Part shown: positions 1-10,353 of the stretch, one piece after another | Numbering within the stretch: the stretch's first letter is position 1 | How the letters are laid out: every line of letters starts with the position of its first letter | Origin: Hahella sp. | GTDB taxonomy: Bacteria > Pseudomonadota > Gammaproteobacteria > Pseudomonadales > Oleiphilaceae | Direction of reading: 5' to 3' | Assembly: GCA_050299855.1 (NCBI GenBank) | Contig: JBNKWQ010000011.1 | Coordinates: 25,391 to 89,390, forward strand | Length of the DNA: 64,000 nt | Translations under genes and position numbers: made by a program | The notes under the pieces: generated by a model | Seen by the model: the letters and a program-made list of their open reading frames with translations, nothing else | Databases searched by the model: none | Told to the model about the DNA's origin: nothing

Positions 1-63
1 TGCAGTGGTCCGGGCAAAAAGTTAACTATAATTAACGTCTTAACCGTAAAAGAGAGAATCGGG

Positions 64-2025
64 ATGAAAGGCGGCGGTCTCAGTCACCAAGTCGAAGCAT
101 ATCAGCAGTGGAAGAAGTCGCTGATTAGGGAAATAGCGCATTACCAGAGCTGGCTTCGCACTAACCAGTTAAGTTCTGATGATCTGGAGTTAAAACTGCA
201 GCGCAGTATACAGCTCCTCCATGAGGACACACTGACAATTGCCTTTGTTGGTGAATTCTCCCGTGGCAAGACAGAGCTCATCAACGCTCTCTTTTTCGCT
301 GAATTCGGCCAACGGATGCTGCCCTCGCAGGCTGGCCGCACCACCATGTGCCCAACTGAACTCTTTTATGACTATGTTGGCGGCAGCTATCTGAAAGTTC
401 TCCCCATTGAAACCCGTAGGGAAGAACGTTCACTGGCAGAATACAAACGCAGCAATGCGGAATGGACTGTATTCCCATTAGACATGAGTTCTCCCGACGC
501 CATGCGCGGATCTCTGGATCAGGTTGCTCAAACCAAATCAGTCACCATGGAAGAAGCCCGTACATTGGGCTTTGATGCCTCCTCCCTTGAACGGGATAAT
601 TCCCGCAGCGGCATGGTCATTATTCCCGCCTGGCGTCATGCACTGATCAGCCTGGAAAATCCGTTGCTGCAGCAGGGCATGCGCATTCTCGACACCCCCG
701 GGCTAAACGCGCTGGGTTCAGAGCCGGAACTTACCGTCAGCATGATTCCGAATGCCCATGCAGTAATTTTCATGCTGGGAGTGGATACAGGTGTGACTGC
801 CAGTGATATGGAAATCTGGCGCGACCATATTTTCAGTGAAAATGCCGACCATCGTGCCGGTCGATTTGCCGTACTGAACAAAATCGATATCCTCTGGGAG
901 GATATTCAGGGCGAGGAACACACTGCAAAAGCGATCGCCAAGGTAAGAGCCAAAACCGCTGAGCAACTGGGTCTTGAACCTGAGGATGTATTATTGCTTT
1001 CTGCCAAGCAAGCACTGATTGGACGCATCAAAGGTGATGAAGAGCGTGTCAGCAAAAGCCAGCTGGACCGCTTGGAAAACCTGCTTTCCAACCAGATCCT
1101 GTCCCAAAAAGAACGGCTGATTACCCAAACCATGGTCAATGATGTGCTGGGTATGCTGCAAAGCAGCCAGGCGATTCTTCAGGGCAGAATGATCAATTAT
1201 GAAGAACGTCTGGAAGAGTGCGAGCAGAAAGGCGTAAGCACCGATTTTCTGCGTAATCTGACCGAAAAAACCCAGGACGATTACAATTTCTACTACAAGA
1301 AGCTTTTCACCCTTCGTTCCAGCCGCCGCCTGATGAAATCACAGGCGATGATTCTCAGTCGCCTGGTGGAGATGAATCATTTTGAAGGCCATGCCAAACA
1401 GACTCGCGAAGAACTGATTAACAGCTGGACCACTTTGGGTATGGGTCGTGCCATGGGTGGCTTTTTCCAGTCCATTGAAAACGATCTAAGCAACCTGAAT
1501 CATGAGGCCCGGCTGGCCCAGAAAATGGTAGGCTCGATTTATGAACGCTACTCAAATGATCCGAAATCAAGACATCTAAGGCCGGTAGCCTTCAACATCA
1601 GCCGCCAAATTCGCGAGTTGAACAATCTCAAGACCCAGGCAGAACGCTTCCGGCGTAATCCCCGCACCCTGATGACCGAGCAAACCCTAGTGGTAAAACG
1701 CTTCTTCACCACCCTGGTCAATGAAGCCCGCCGCATCTACGGTGAAATCGAGCAGGAAACTGAGCGCTGGCCGCAGGAAGCATTACTTCCCATTCTGCAG
1801 CACACAATTGAACAAAAGCAGGTGCTGGAACACCAGATTAACCGACTAAAGGAACTGGCCGCCAATGCGAAAGATACTCGCTCACAAACCCGTAAACTGC
1901 AGGGCCTGATGGAAGAAATCGGCGAACAGATACATGAAGCTGAAAATATCCAGCGCAAACTGCGCCGTCCTCCACCGCAAATGCTGCGGCAGAAAGTCGT
2001 CAACTTACCGGGAATGCTAGGCTGA
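64..2025 (+). CDS. dynamin-family large GTPase (bacterial dynamin-like protein)
   Basis: 653-aa ORF with P-loop GEFSRGKTELINALF, G3 DTPGLNA and G4 NKID. The C-terminal half is long and helical/coiled-coil-like. Confidence 0.8.
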   Translation: MKGGGLSHQVEAYQQWKKSLIREIAHYQSWLRTNQLSSDDLELKLQRSIQLLHEDTLTIAFVGEFSRGKTELINALFFAEFGQRMLPSQAGRTTMCPTELFYDYVGGSYLKVLPIETRREERSLAEYKRSNAEWTVFPLDMSSPDAMRGSLDQVAQTKSVTMEEARTLGFDASSLERDNSRSGMVIIPAWRHALISLENPLLQQGMRILDTPGLNALGSEPELTVSMIPNAHAVIFMLGVDTGVTASDMEIWRDHIFSENADHRAGRFAVLNKIDILWEDIQGEEHTAKAIAKVRAKTAEQLGLEPEDVLLLSAKQALIGRIKGDEERVSKSQLDRLENLLSNQILSQKERLITQTMVNDVLGMLQSSQAILQGRMINYEERLEECEQKGVSTDFLRNLTEKTQDDYNFYYKKLFTLRSSRRLMKSQAMILSRLVEMNHFEGHAKQTREELINSWTTLGMGRAMGGFFQSIENDLSNLNHEARLAQKMVGSIYERYSNDPKSRHLRPVAFNISRQIRELNNLKTQAERFRRNPRTLMTEQTLVVKRFFTTLVNEARRIYGEIEQETERWPQEALLPILQHTIEQKQVLEHQINRLKELAANAKDTRSQTRKLQGLMEEIGEQIHEAENIQRKLRRPPPQMLRQKVVNLPGMLG

Positions 2026-2145
2026 CCCGACTTGAATCAATATCACAATAAAAAAGCGCCACTCGTCAGAAGTTCATTTAAAGACTTGGTCCGGCTTCCT
2101 TGCCGGCAAACGCATCCCTGCGCCTGAAGATATCCACAGAGAAGG

Positions 2146-2825
2146 CTAGAAAGTGTAATTAAAGCGGGTACGGAACTGATTCAACTCATCATCATCGCCG
2201 ACATTGTCTGCTGAGGAAGTGGATCCGGCAAAGGTGGCGGTTGCATTGTCGATATCGAACAACGGAAGGGTATAGGCGACGTAGACAGTGGTCACTGTAG
2301 GATCTTCATCCACCGCATCATAGTCAGTTTCGGAGTGGACAGCCCCCAGGCCAAAGTTACCGCAAGGCAAACTGGCCACCGTTATCACCGGCACGACCAC
2401 GCACTTTATTGGCTGCATATACTACCGCACCACCTGCATCACCCGCATGAGAAACCACAGTGTCTTTGCCCAGGGGAAACAGGTTGATCGCTTCAAAACG
2501 TCCCGCCTGAAGGTCCCAGGTAGCGTTACCGAATTTGATCCACATATCGTCAGTTGCAGCAGACCCGTCTTTTTTAAGCAGACCTGATCCTTTACCTTCA
2601 ACGAAATAGCCGTTCAGCTCTTTCTTGCCGGTTACATTGACCTTAATTCTGCCACCCTGTTCATATGTGGTATCACTTGCTTTACTGTCAATGACATCAG
2701 TGTCCAACTCGATATTGGCACCAATACCAAACTCAGCATTTGCCTGTGACACACCCAGAGCCAGAGACAGGGCCAAAAGGACAATTGCCCCGAAACCAAT
2801 TCAAGACGCTCTAAAACACAACCAT
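2146..2825 (-). pseudogene. outer-membrane beta-barrel porin-like gene disrupted by frameshifts
   Basis: Two overlapping minus-strand ORFs (2357-2776 and 2146-2418) read as one protein. It has a signal-peptide end ALSLALGVSQANA, an alternating beta-strand pattern and the C-terminus FRTRFNYTF typical of OM barrels. The frames differ by 1 nt near 2357-2365. The only upstream ATG (2823-2825) is again out of frame and meets TAG after 4 codons. Confidence 0.5.
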
Positions 2826-3048
2826 GGTAGGAAGGAAACGCTGCGTTGACTTAGGCAATTATTTAATAAACATTACGAAATAATAAGATTTCCATTTTCG
2901 TTTTATTTACAATATTCAAGCAAAGACCATTCGTACTGACGGGTATTGCTTTCAAATCAAAGCCCGCCCAATACTTCTTGCGCAAATTCAGCGGGATTTA
3001 TAGACTGCGCGGTCCACACTCGCTTTTTGACAGGAATTCCAAACAGTA

Positions 3049-4194
3049 ATGCCAGAGACCATTCCGCCGGATTCGGTCGGTATCGTGACACCTGCGACTG
3101 CAGAGTTTAACGAGCCTTTGTTACTTGAAAGCGGCAAGCAAATCGAACAATACCAGCTGGTGTACGAAACCTACGGCACCCTGAACGCAGACCGCTCAAA
3201 TGCCGTGTTAATTTGTCACGCCCTCAGTGGTCACCACCACGCAGCCGGCTTCCATAGCATGGAAGATCGCAAACCCGGTTGGTGGGACAGCTGCATCGGG
3301 CCCGGCAAGCCTATAGACACAACTAAATTTTTTGTCGTCTCTCTGAACAATCTGGGAGGCTGCAATGGCTCCACCGGTCCTAACAGCCATAATCCCGCCA
3401 CCGGCAAACTTTACGGTCCCGATTTTCCAGTCGTGACTGTCAGAGACTGGGTATCCAGCCAGGCACGTCTGGCTGATTTCCTGCACATTGACACCTGGGC
3501 GGCAGTGATCGGTGGCAGCCTGGGAGGCATGCAGGCTCTACAGTGGTCTACCCAGTTTCCCGAGCGCATCAAACACGCCATCATCATCGCGTCGACGGCT
3601 AAGCTGACCACTCAGAATATTGCCTTCAACGAAGTGGCACGCAAGGCCATCACATCTGATCCGGATTTTCATGCAGGACGCTACTACGAACACGACACCT
3701 ACCCAAGTAAAGGCTTGATGCTGGCCCGCATGGTGGGGCACATTACTTACCTGTCAGATGCATCCATGGGTGAAAAATTCGGGCGCGACCTGCGTAACAA
3801 GGCCTTCAATTTTGGCTTGCTGGATGTTGAGTTCGAAATCGAGAGCTACCTGCATTATCAAGGCGAGCGTTTCTCCAAGAACTTTGACGCCAACACTTAT
3901 CTGCTGATGACCAGGGTACTGGACTACTTTGATCCTGCTCGTGAATACGGCAGCGATCTGGCCAAAGCATTGGATAAAGCCCAGTGCCGCTTCTTTGTCG
4001 CCTCGTTTTCAACCGACTGGCGCTTCTCACCGGAACGCTCTGAAGAATTGGTAAATGCGTTGATTGAAGCCAAGAAAGCTGTCAGTTATACCGAAATTGA
4101 TGCCCCTCATGGCCATGATGCCTTTCTTATTCCCAATCCTCGGTATATGGATGTATTCAACGCCTATATGATCCGTATTGCGGAGGGATTCTGA
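3049..4194 (+). CDS. metX: homoserine O-acyltransferase MetX (alpha/beta hydrolase)
   Basis: 381 aa with nucleophile elbow [12 protein letters not shown] and conserved HALSGHHH and [10 protein letters not shown] segments. It is followed by metW, as in pseudomonads. Confidence 0.9.
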   Translation: MPETIPPDSVGIVTPATAEFNEPLLLESGKQIEQYQLVYETYGTLNADRSNAVLICHALSGHHHAAGFHSMEDRKPGWWDSCIGPGKPIDTTKFFVVSLNNLGGCNGSTGPNSHNPATGKLYGPDFPVVTVRDWVSSQARLADFLHIDTWAAVIGGSLGGMQALQWSTQFPERIKHAIIIASTAKLTTQNIAFNEVARKAITSDPDFHAGRYYEHDTYPSKGLMLARMVGHITYLSDASMGEKFGRDLRNKAFNFGLLDVEFEIESYLHYQGERFSKNFDANTYLLMTRVLDYFDPAREYGSDLAKALDKAQCRFFVASFSTDWRFSPERSEELVNALIEAKKAVSYTEIDAPHGHDAFLIPNPRYMDVFNAYMIRIAEGF

Positions 4195-4195
4195 T

Positions 4196-4789
4196 ATGCG
4201 CGCCGATCTGGAAATCATTAGCGACTGGATTAAACCCGGCAGCCAGGTACTCGACCTAGGCTGTGGCGATGGCACTCTGCTGGCTCATCTGCAGGAGCAT
4301 AAACAGGCTCAAGGTTACGGCCTGGAAATAGACAGTTCCAACATCACCGAGTGCCTGCGGAAGGGTGTCAATGTCATAGAACAGGACCTGGATGCCACGG
4401 ACTTATCCGTTATTAAAGACAAAAGCTTTGATGTCGTGGTCATGACACAGGCACTACAAGCCGTGCGTCACCCGGATATCATGCTGGAGGAAATGCTGCG
4501 CATGGGTAAAGAGTGCATTATCACTTTCCCCAATTTCGGCTATTGGCGACTACGTTTTTACCTACTGCGCAAAGGGCGCATGCCGGTCTCCAAGACTCTG
4601 CCCTATACTTGGTACAACACACCGAATATCCATCTTTGTACGTTTACGGATTTTGAAGCGCTGTGTTACCAGAAAAACATCCACATCCTGAGCCGCACCG
4701 TGGTGGACAACGAGCACCGCCAACGCTGGTTTAATCAAATGTGGCCGAACTTACTGGGCCAGATCGCGATTTATCACGTAACCCGCTAA
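4196..4789 (+). CDS. metW: methionine biosynthesis protein MetW
   Basis: The ATG lies 1 nt after the metX stop. N-terminus MRADLEIISDWI and SAM-methyltransferase-fold motif VLDLGCGDGTLL. The track ORF start at 4178 overlaps metX and is less likely. Confidence 0.85.
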   Translation: MRADLEIISDWIKPGSQVLDLGCGDGTLLAHLQEHKQAQGYGLEIDSSNITECLRKGVNVIEQDLDATDLSVIKDKSFDVVVMTQALQAVRHPDIMLEEMLRMGKECIITFPNFGYWRLRFYLLRKGRMPVSKTLPYTWYNTPNIHLCTFTDFEALCYQKNIHILSRTVVDNEHRQRWFNQMWPNLLGQIAIYHVTR

Positions 4790-4810
4790 ACCCACCAAAA
4801 TAAATGGTAT

Positions 4811-5266
4811 ATGGTAAAGGTCATGAGCAGATTAAATAAGCTTTTACTGAGCCTGGCGCTCCTGCTGACAGCGGCATTTGTCGGGGCTGAACAGATGCAG
4901 GCATTCGGTGACTATGAAGTACACTATATTGCCCTGCCAACAACAGTGCTTTCTGCAGAAGTCGCCAAGCAATATAAGATCTCCCGCAGCAAAAGCTCCG
5001 GATTTCTGAATATTTCCGTCCTTAAGAAACAACCGGATGGTACTACCCGTGCCGTATCTGCATTTGTTCGCGGCAGCTTTCGCAATATGGTGCAGCAACA
5101 ACGCCAACTGGAGTTCTCTCGCATCAGTGAAGGCGAGGCTGTGTACCAGGTTGCACAGTTCTGGTACAGCCAGGGCGAAAACATGATTTTCGAACTGGAA
5201 ATACAGGCTGACCCGAACCAGGGACCATTCGACCTTCGCTTTACCCAGGCGCTTTACCCAGATTGA
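4811..5266 (+). CDS. DUF4426-like secreted protein
   Basis: 151 aa with a signal peptide (LLLSLALLLTAAFVGA). It occupies the conserved position between metW and rdgB, as in Pseudomonas. The family name is recalled from synteny, not verified. Confidence 0.55.
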   Translation: MVKVMSRLNKLLLSLALLLTAAFVGAEQMQAFGDYEVHYIALPTTVLSAEVAKQYKISRSKSSGFLNISVLKKQPDGTTRAVSAFVRGSFRNMVQQQRQLEFSRISEGEAVYQVAQFWYSQGENMIFELEIQADPNQGPFDLRFTQALYPD

Positions 5267-5310
5267 GATTGACTGCCCCAGATTGAGATTGATCCCCCAG
5301 TTTGAGAATG
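5257..5310 (+). repeat. short tandem repeat, about 2.7 copies of a 20-nt unit (cccagattgagattgaNNNc)
   Basis: Units lie at 5257-5276, 5277-5296 and a degenerate third at 5297-5310. The first unit contains the stop codon of the preceding gene. Confidence 0.7.
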
Positions 5311-5319
5311 TAAGAACCT

Positions 5320-5961
5320 ATGTCCAAAATCGTCCTCGCCAGCAATAACGCCGGTAAGATCAAAGAATTCAATCACCTGCTTGCCCCGTTTCAGTGGCAA
5401 GTTGTTTCCCAGGAATCCATGGAGGTGGAGGCAGTCCCGGAAACCGGTACCACCTTTCTGGAAAATGCACTGATTAAAGCCCGGCATGCCAGCCAGGTCA
5501 CTGGCCTACCGGCGCTCGCAGATGACTCCGGCTTAGTCGTTGATGCTTTATCGGGAGCTCCCGGTATTTATTCAGCTCGCTACGCCGGCGAAGAGTCCAG
5601 TGACGCTGACAACAACCTTAAATTACTCAATCAGTTGGAAAACGTCCCCAACTCACATCGCCAGGCCCACTTCCACTGTACGCTGGTGTGGCTTCGGCAT
5701 GCGGATGACCCCGACCCGATTATCTGCCAGGGCCGCTGGCACGGAACTATTTTGTCGGCACCTGCTGGTTCCGGCGGATTCGGCTATGACCCATTGTTCT
5801 GGGTAGAAGAAACCCAGTGCGCCTCTGCCGAATTGTCCCGCGAACAGAAAAATGCGCTCAGTCATCGGGGGCAGGCAGTTGCCAAACTTTTGCACGAACT
5901 AAAAGACCTTCACGATCAACAACTGCAACAAGATGCTCTGGGAAGTGGAAACCAAGGATGA
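5320..5961 (+). CDS. rdgB: dITP/XTP pyrophosphatase RdgB (HAM1 family)
   Basis: 213 aa with motifs ASNNAGKIKEF, ADDSGL, FGYDPLF and SHRG. Confidence 0.85.
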   Translation: MSKIVLASNNAGKIKEFNHLLAPFQWQVVSQESMEVEAVPETGTTFLENALIKARHASQVTGLPALADDSGLVVDALSGAPGIYSARYAGEESSDADNNLKLLNQLENVPNSHRQAHFHCTLVWLRHADDPDPIICQGRWHGTILSAPAGSGGFGYDPLFWVEETQCASAELSREQKNALSHRGQAVAKLLHELKDLHDQQLQQDALGSGNQG

Positions 5962-7114
5962 GCGAGTGACTCTCACGCTTCCTCCACTGGCTCTTTATGT
6001 ACACGTGCCCTGGTGTGTGCGCAAATGTCCCTATTGTGACTTCAATTCTCATCAAGCCCGTGATGATCTGCCCGAACAGGCATATCTTGACGCCCTTTTG
6101 AGTGACCTCGCCTTTGAAGCTAAACAACTTGCAGACAATCACTCGCTACGACCACTGAGTTCGATATTCTTCGGTGGCGGAACCCCCAGCCTAGTCAATC
6201 CAGCGACTATTGGCCGAGTGATTACTGAAGCAAAACGGATTGTGGGGTTTACCGAAGACATCGAAATCACCCTGGAAGCCAACCCTGGCACAGTAGACTA
6301 CGAGAAATTTGATGGGCTCTATGCAGCAGGTGTAAACCGTCTTTCCATCGGCATCCAGAGTTTCAATCCCCAGCACCTGGAAGAGTTAGGCCGCATTCAC
6401 TCCAAAGATGACGCTTTGAAGGCTGTTGAACGCGCCAGACAGGCAGAATTCAGGAACATTAACCTGGACCTGATGTTTGGCTTGCCTGGTCAAACCTGCG
6501 AGCAGGCTCTAGCCGACCTACGCATCGCTACCGGATTAGCACCGGAACACTTGTCCTGGTATCAATTGACGATTGAGCCCAACACAGAATTCTACCGTCA
6601 TCCGCCGAAACTGCCTGAAGACGATACCCTATGGCAAATGCACCAGGACGGCATCGCCTTCCTTGAGCAGGCCGGCTACGCTCAGTATGAAGTATCCGCC
6701 TTTGCCCGGGCGCAACGCCAGGCAAAGCACAACCTCAATTACTGGCAATTCGGAGACTATGTCGCCATCGGCGCCGGGGCACATGGAAAATCAACCCATC
6801 CCAACAGCGGCGAAATTCTACGCTACTGGAAAACCCGCCTGCCCCAGCATTATCTGGCACGGGTGGATAACTATCGGGCAGGCAGCGAACAGATAACATC
6901 CGGTGATCTCCCCTTTGAATTCCTGATGAACAGCCTGCGTCTGAAACAGGGAGTTGACGCTGCCACCTTTACCACCGGCACGGGGTTACCTCTCTCAGCC
7001 CTGGAACCCACCCTATCCAACCTGCGCCAGCAGGGGCTGATCCACCCAGATCGCCTGCAATGCACCGACCAGGGCTACCTTTACCTTAACGAAGTCCTGC
7101 AGAAATTCATGTAA
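5933..7114 (+). CDS. hemW: radical SAM heme chaperone HemW (HemN-like)
   Basis: Radical-SAM motif CVRKCPYCDF plus a HemN C-terminal-like region. The true start is probably the GTG at 5966 (VTLTLPPLALYVHVPWC), just after the rdgB stop. Confidence 0.85.
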   Translation: MLWEVETKDERVTLTLPPLALYVHVPWCVRKCPYCDFNSHQARDDLPEQAYLDALLSDLAFEAKQLADNHSLRPLSSIFFGGGTPSLVNPATIGRVITEAKRIVGFTEDIEITLEANPGTVDYEKFDGLYAAGVNRLSIGIQSFNPQHLEELGRIHSKDDALKAVERARQAEFRNINLDLMFGLPGQTCEQALADLRIATGLAPEHLSWYQLTIEPNTEFYRHPPKLPEDDTLWQMHQDGIAFLEQAGYAQYEVSAFARAQRQAKHNLNYWQFGDYVAIGAGAHGKSTHPNSGEILRYWKTRLPQHYLARVDNYRAGSEQITSGDLPFEFLMNSLRLKQGVDAATFTTGTGLPLSALEPTLSNLRQQGLIHPDRLQCTDQGYLYLNEVLQKFM

Positions 7115-7289
7115 GGTAAGCTTCATAGCAAGCAAAAAATTCCACCACCGACTATGTGTGCGGCAATACTGCCCATGCAAACCATAATCGGACGGAATAG
7201 ATATACTCCAGTGACCTCTTATTTCCTGCTTGCCAAAGTTCCAGGTTCGGGTTTTAATACCGACGTGTTAAAAATTAACCAATGAGACT

Positions 7290-7829
7290 ATGGACGACCC
7301 CCACCCGACATCATCGCGCAATCTCTGGATTGCAATTGTTACTACCATTCTTCTCGGCGCATGCCTTCTTTGGATAGACCAATATCTCCGGACGCCATTA
7401 AGCCCATTGGGCATAGTGAGCCTGGAACTTGCCAAAAACATCTTCCGTGTCAGCGATATTCTTAACAGCTGGGGAGCGCAGGGTCATTCCTGGGCAATCT
7501 GGAGTCTTGCCCTGGATTTTCCGTTTTTGTTGGCTTACTCATATCTTTTCAGTGTTCTAGCCAATAGAACTAAATCAGATATCCGGCAGTTGTTCATGGT
7601 CGGTTTTATGATTGCCGGCATGTGTGACTTTATCGAAAACTTGGCGTTAGCCGGCTTGCTGGCAGGCTGGGTCTACCCGCAGTTAACAGCCGCAGCCTAT
7701 TATTTTTCCTGCCTGAAATTCCTGCTACTGTTCATGGGCTGGGCATTTTTAGGCTCCCAGGCAAGTCTATGGGCCTGGAGCAAACTGCAGCCTGAACCCG
7801 TGGCATCTCCCTCAAGAGCCACAAAATAG
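7290..7829 (+). CDS. hypothetical polytopic membrane protein
   Basis: 179 aa with several hydrophobic segments. I recognise no family motif. Confidence 0.45.
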   Translation: MDDPHPTSSRNLWIAIVTTILLGACLLWIDQYLRTPLSPLGIVSLELAKNIFRVSDILNSWGAQGHSWAIWSLALDFPFLLAYSYLFSVLANRTKSDIRQLFMVGFMIAGMCDFIENLALAGLLAGWVYPQLTAAAYYFSCLKFLLLFMGWAFLGSQASLWAWSKLQPEPVASPSRATK

Positions 7830-8093
7830 ATCGAGTAGAAGCATAGGCCGCACCTCCGCTTTCGCCGTCGGCATACCCAGGAGACAGAATTGCCATATTA
7901 GGAGGTGGTGAATTAATTCAGGTGGGTGAGCCCAAGGATATCCTTCTGGAACCAGTAGACGACCAGTCGAGGTATTTTTTGTGCACGAAGGAAACAACCC
8001 TCCCCAGGCAGATGTACCTGTAGAGGGCATCTGATTATTGATAAGCATTTAGCTACGGCTGGCACGAACCTTTATTGATACGCATGAGCCTAT

Positions 8094-8972
8094 CTATAGA
8101 TAGTATTCGGGTGCGTGCTTAATCTGCTGATTCTGCTCCAGGTCGTGTTGAATCCACATATCGGCTCCCTTTTCTTTCACAAATTGCTCAATCTTATCAA
8201 TAGACTGCAGAGACTGCTCTTTATTAAAATTGAAAGAGGGCACACGCCGGTATGTACGGTTTTTAGTGAAATGGTAGAGGTCACCTGATAACAGTATGGG
8301 TCCCGTTTGGGGCATATCCAGGAATAGGGTCTGGTGGCCCGGGGTATGTCCAACGGCCTCTTTAATGACCACCCGACCATCGCCGAATACATCATAGTCA
8401 CCCTGTAACACCTGACTGTTAGCGCTACCAAATTGGCTGTACGACTCCGGATTAAAGCCGAATTTCTGTGGCTCTGCGCCAAACGCCGCATCGAATTCTT
8501 CTTGCTGAATCAACAATGTAGCTTTTGAAAACAAGTTGGCATTACCGGTATGATCACCATGAAAATGGGAAATGGCCACAAATTCTATTTCATCCGGATG
8601 CACGCCGATTTCCTGTAACTGAGCTTGCAATGGATGAGATACGCTCATATGAAAAGCGCCATCCCATACATCTACACCCTCCGGTGTCAACGAATCGCTG
8701 AGTCCGGTATCCCATATCATGTCCCCTTTTGGGTGACGAATCAGGTAGCAGCTGTCGGTCAATTGCTTTGACTGGCCCTTATCCACTCCGGGAGAAAAAA
8801 GAGAGACATCGCGGGAAAGAATACTCCCGCAGTTAAAAACGTATAACTTGATTTCTGGCGGTTCTTTTTCCATCAAATCTGCACAAGCAGACACCAGGAC
8901 AGCTGCCGACACTAATGCCAATCTGAATACACCTTTTACACCTATAGCCCATCCGTTCACTATTATCTCCAT
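8094..8972 (-). CDS. MBL-fold metallo-hydrolase lipoprotein (AHL-lactonase-like)
   Basis: HxHxDH motif SHFHGDHTG, a later GHTPGH, and a lipobox-like LVSAC near the N-terminus. Confidence 0.7.
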   Translation of the reverse strand: MEIIVNGWAIGVKGVFRLALVSAAVLVSACADLMEKEPPEIKLYVFNCGSILSRDVSLFSPGVDKGQSKQLTDSCYLIRHPKGDMIWDTGLSDSLTPEGVDVWDGAFHMSVSHPLQAQLQEIGVHPDEIEFVAISHFHGDHTGNANLFSKATLLIQQEEFDAAFGAEPQKFGFNPESYSQFGSANSQVLQGDYDVFGDGRVVIKEAVGHTPGHQTLFLDMPQTGPILLSGDLYHFTKNRTYRRVPSFNFNKEQSLQSIDKIEQFVKEKGADMWIQHDLEQNQQIKHAPEYYL

Positions 8973-9231
8973 TAGCTGTATGTTTATGTCTGCAAAGAAT
9001 ACATGCCCTTCACATTATTGGGCATGTTAGGTTAAGGAATATCATTTCAATTCACCATCTGTATATAAGAAATAACCTTAACCTTTTCATATAAATCAAC
9101 TTGTTATGCCCGCAAGCCAACCTTGGTTTAACCTGCCAGGCCTGTAGTGTCATACAGGCTAGTAAAAGGAGTCTTGAAAATTGAGTGGGGGTATTACGGA
9201 CGGGAATGCTTAGAAATGGGCTGCTACAGGG

Positions 9232-9933
9232 CTATAGCTCACGCTCGTACAATAGATCCCATACTCCATGCCCTAAACGCTCGCCACGCTTCTCAAACTT
9301 GGTAATCGGGCGGTAATCCGGCCGTATTGAATATTGGCCTATACCGGCCAGGTTTCGATAGCCCTCTGCCGCCTCCATAACGTCAATCATATGTTCTGCA
9401 TAGGGTTCCCAATCCGTGGCCATGTGAAACACTCCACCTGGTTTCAGTTTGGTGCGCAAACGCTGAACAAACTCCAGCTGTACCAGCCTGCGTTTGTTAT
9501 GACGCTTCTTATGCCAAGGGTCGGGGAAAAATAGTTGAATTCGGTCCAGAGAAGCATCGCCCAGACACTCATTGATTACCCTGTTAGCGTCCTCCCAATA
9601 AACCCGTAAATTGGTCAGTGAGTGCAGTTCTGCTTCCCTCAGCAGCGCCCCAATTCCTGGCTTGTGAACTTCAACGCCAATGAAATCCATATCCCTGGCA
9701 TTTTGCGCCATCTCCGCCAGGGAAGCCCCCATTCCGAAGCCAATTTCCAGCACCAAGGGCGCGGCTCTGCCAAAAAGAGACTGCGGTTCAATCAGCCCAT
9801 TGTCAGCACTTAACCCCTGAGTCGGCCAAAGCGAATCAAAGGCTTTCTGCTGAGAAGCAGTCATGCGGCCACCACGAATGACAAAACTACGAATACTGCG
9901 CTTTTGTATTTCTTCTTCCATCGCTTTTATCAA
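9232..9933 (-). CDS. trmB: tRNA (guanine46-N7)-methyltransferase
   Basis: SAM-binding motif [10 protein letters not shown] and signature [15 protein letters not shown]. Confidence 0.85.
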   Translation of the reverse strand: MIKAMEEEIQKRSIRSFVIRGGRMTASQQKAFDSLWPTQGLSADNGLIEPQSLFGRAAPLVLEIGFGMGASLAEMAQNARDMDFIGVEVHKPGIGALLREAELHSLTNLRVYWEDANRVINECLGDASLDRIQLFFPDPWHKKRHNKRRLVQLEFVQRLRTKLKPGGVFHMATDWEPYAEHMIDVMEAAEGYRNLAGIGQYSIRPDYRPITKFEKRGERLGHGVWDLLYEREL

Positions 9934-10105
9934 CTAGGCTACGGTTAAACTCATGAGACCAGATAATTCAGGGGTTGCAATAATAGGTGCCTTAGCACAA
10001 AAAACAAGCAGTTTTTATGTGTCGAATCCTTATTTCAAAAACATCGCCACATACTAATAACTAATGAGTAAAGCTAAACGTATCGTCCGAACCAAGAATT
10101 CGATT

Positions 10106-10122
10106 TGCACCATTCATGTGCA
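10106..10122 (+). promoter_or_regulatory. candidate NtrC-type enhancer site
   Basis: TGCACCattcaTGTGCA against the consensus TGCACC-N5-GGTGCA (1 mismatch). It lies about 160 nt upstream of the sigma54-like element at 10281. Confidence 0.4.
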
Positions 10123-10280
10123 TCAAAATATTAATGCACTCCGGCGCAGCATACAAAATGCACAAGATGCGGTCTTGTCTACAAACAGAATCAACAACAG
10201 CTAATCAAAAATGCCCAAATTCGGAGCAATAGAGGTGATTTCCAGTCAATACAACCTATTTAATGTTATCGGAGATTTTC

Positions 10281-10296
10281 TGGCCTTGTATTTGCT
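10281..10296 (+). promoter_or_regulatory. candidate sigma54 -24/-12 promoter
   Basis: TGGCcttgtatTTGCT with the correct GG-N10-GC spacing, 57 nt upstream of the ATG at 10354. Confidence 0.5.
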
Positions 10297-10353
10297 AACC
10301 CTGAATAAGGATTTCGGGTTTGATAATCTTTCGAAAAAAATAGAACAACCACT

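Noticed and set aside
2850-3048. SAM-type riboswitch or leader upstream of metX
   Set aside because: The interval is AT-rich. It has no conserved helices or pseudoknot motifs that I can recognise, and no terminator/antiterminator pair.
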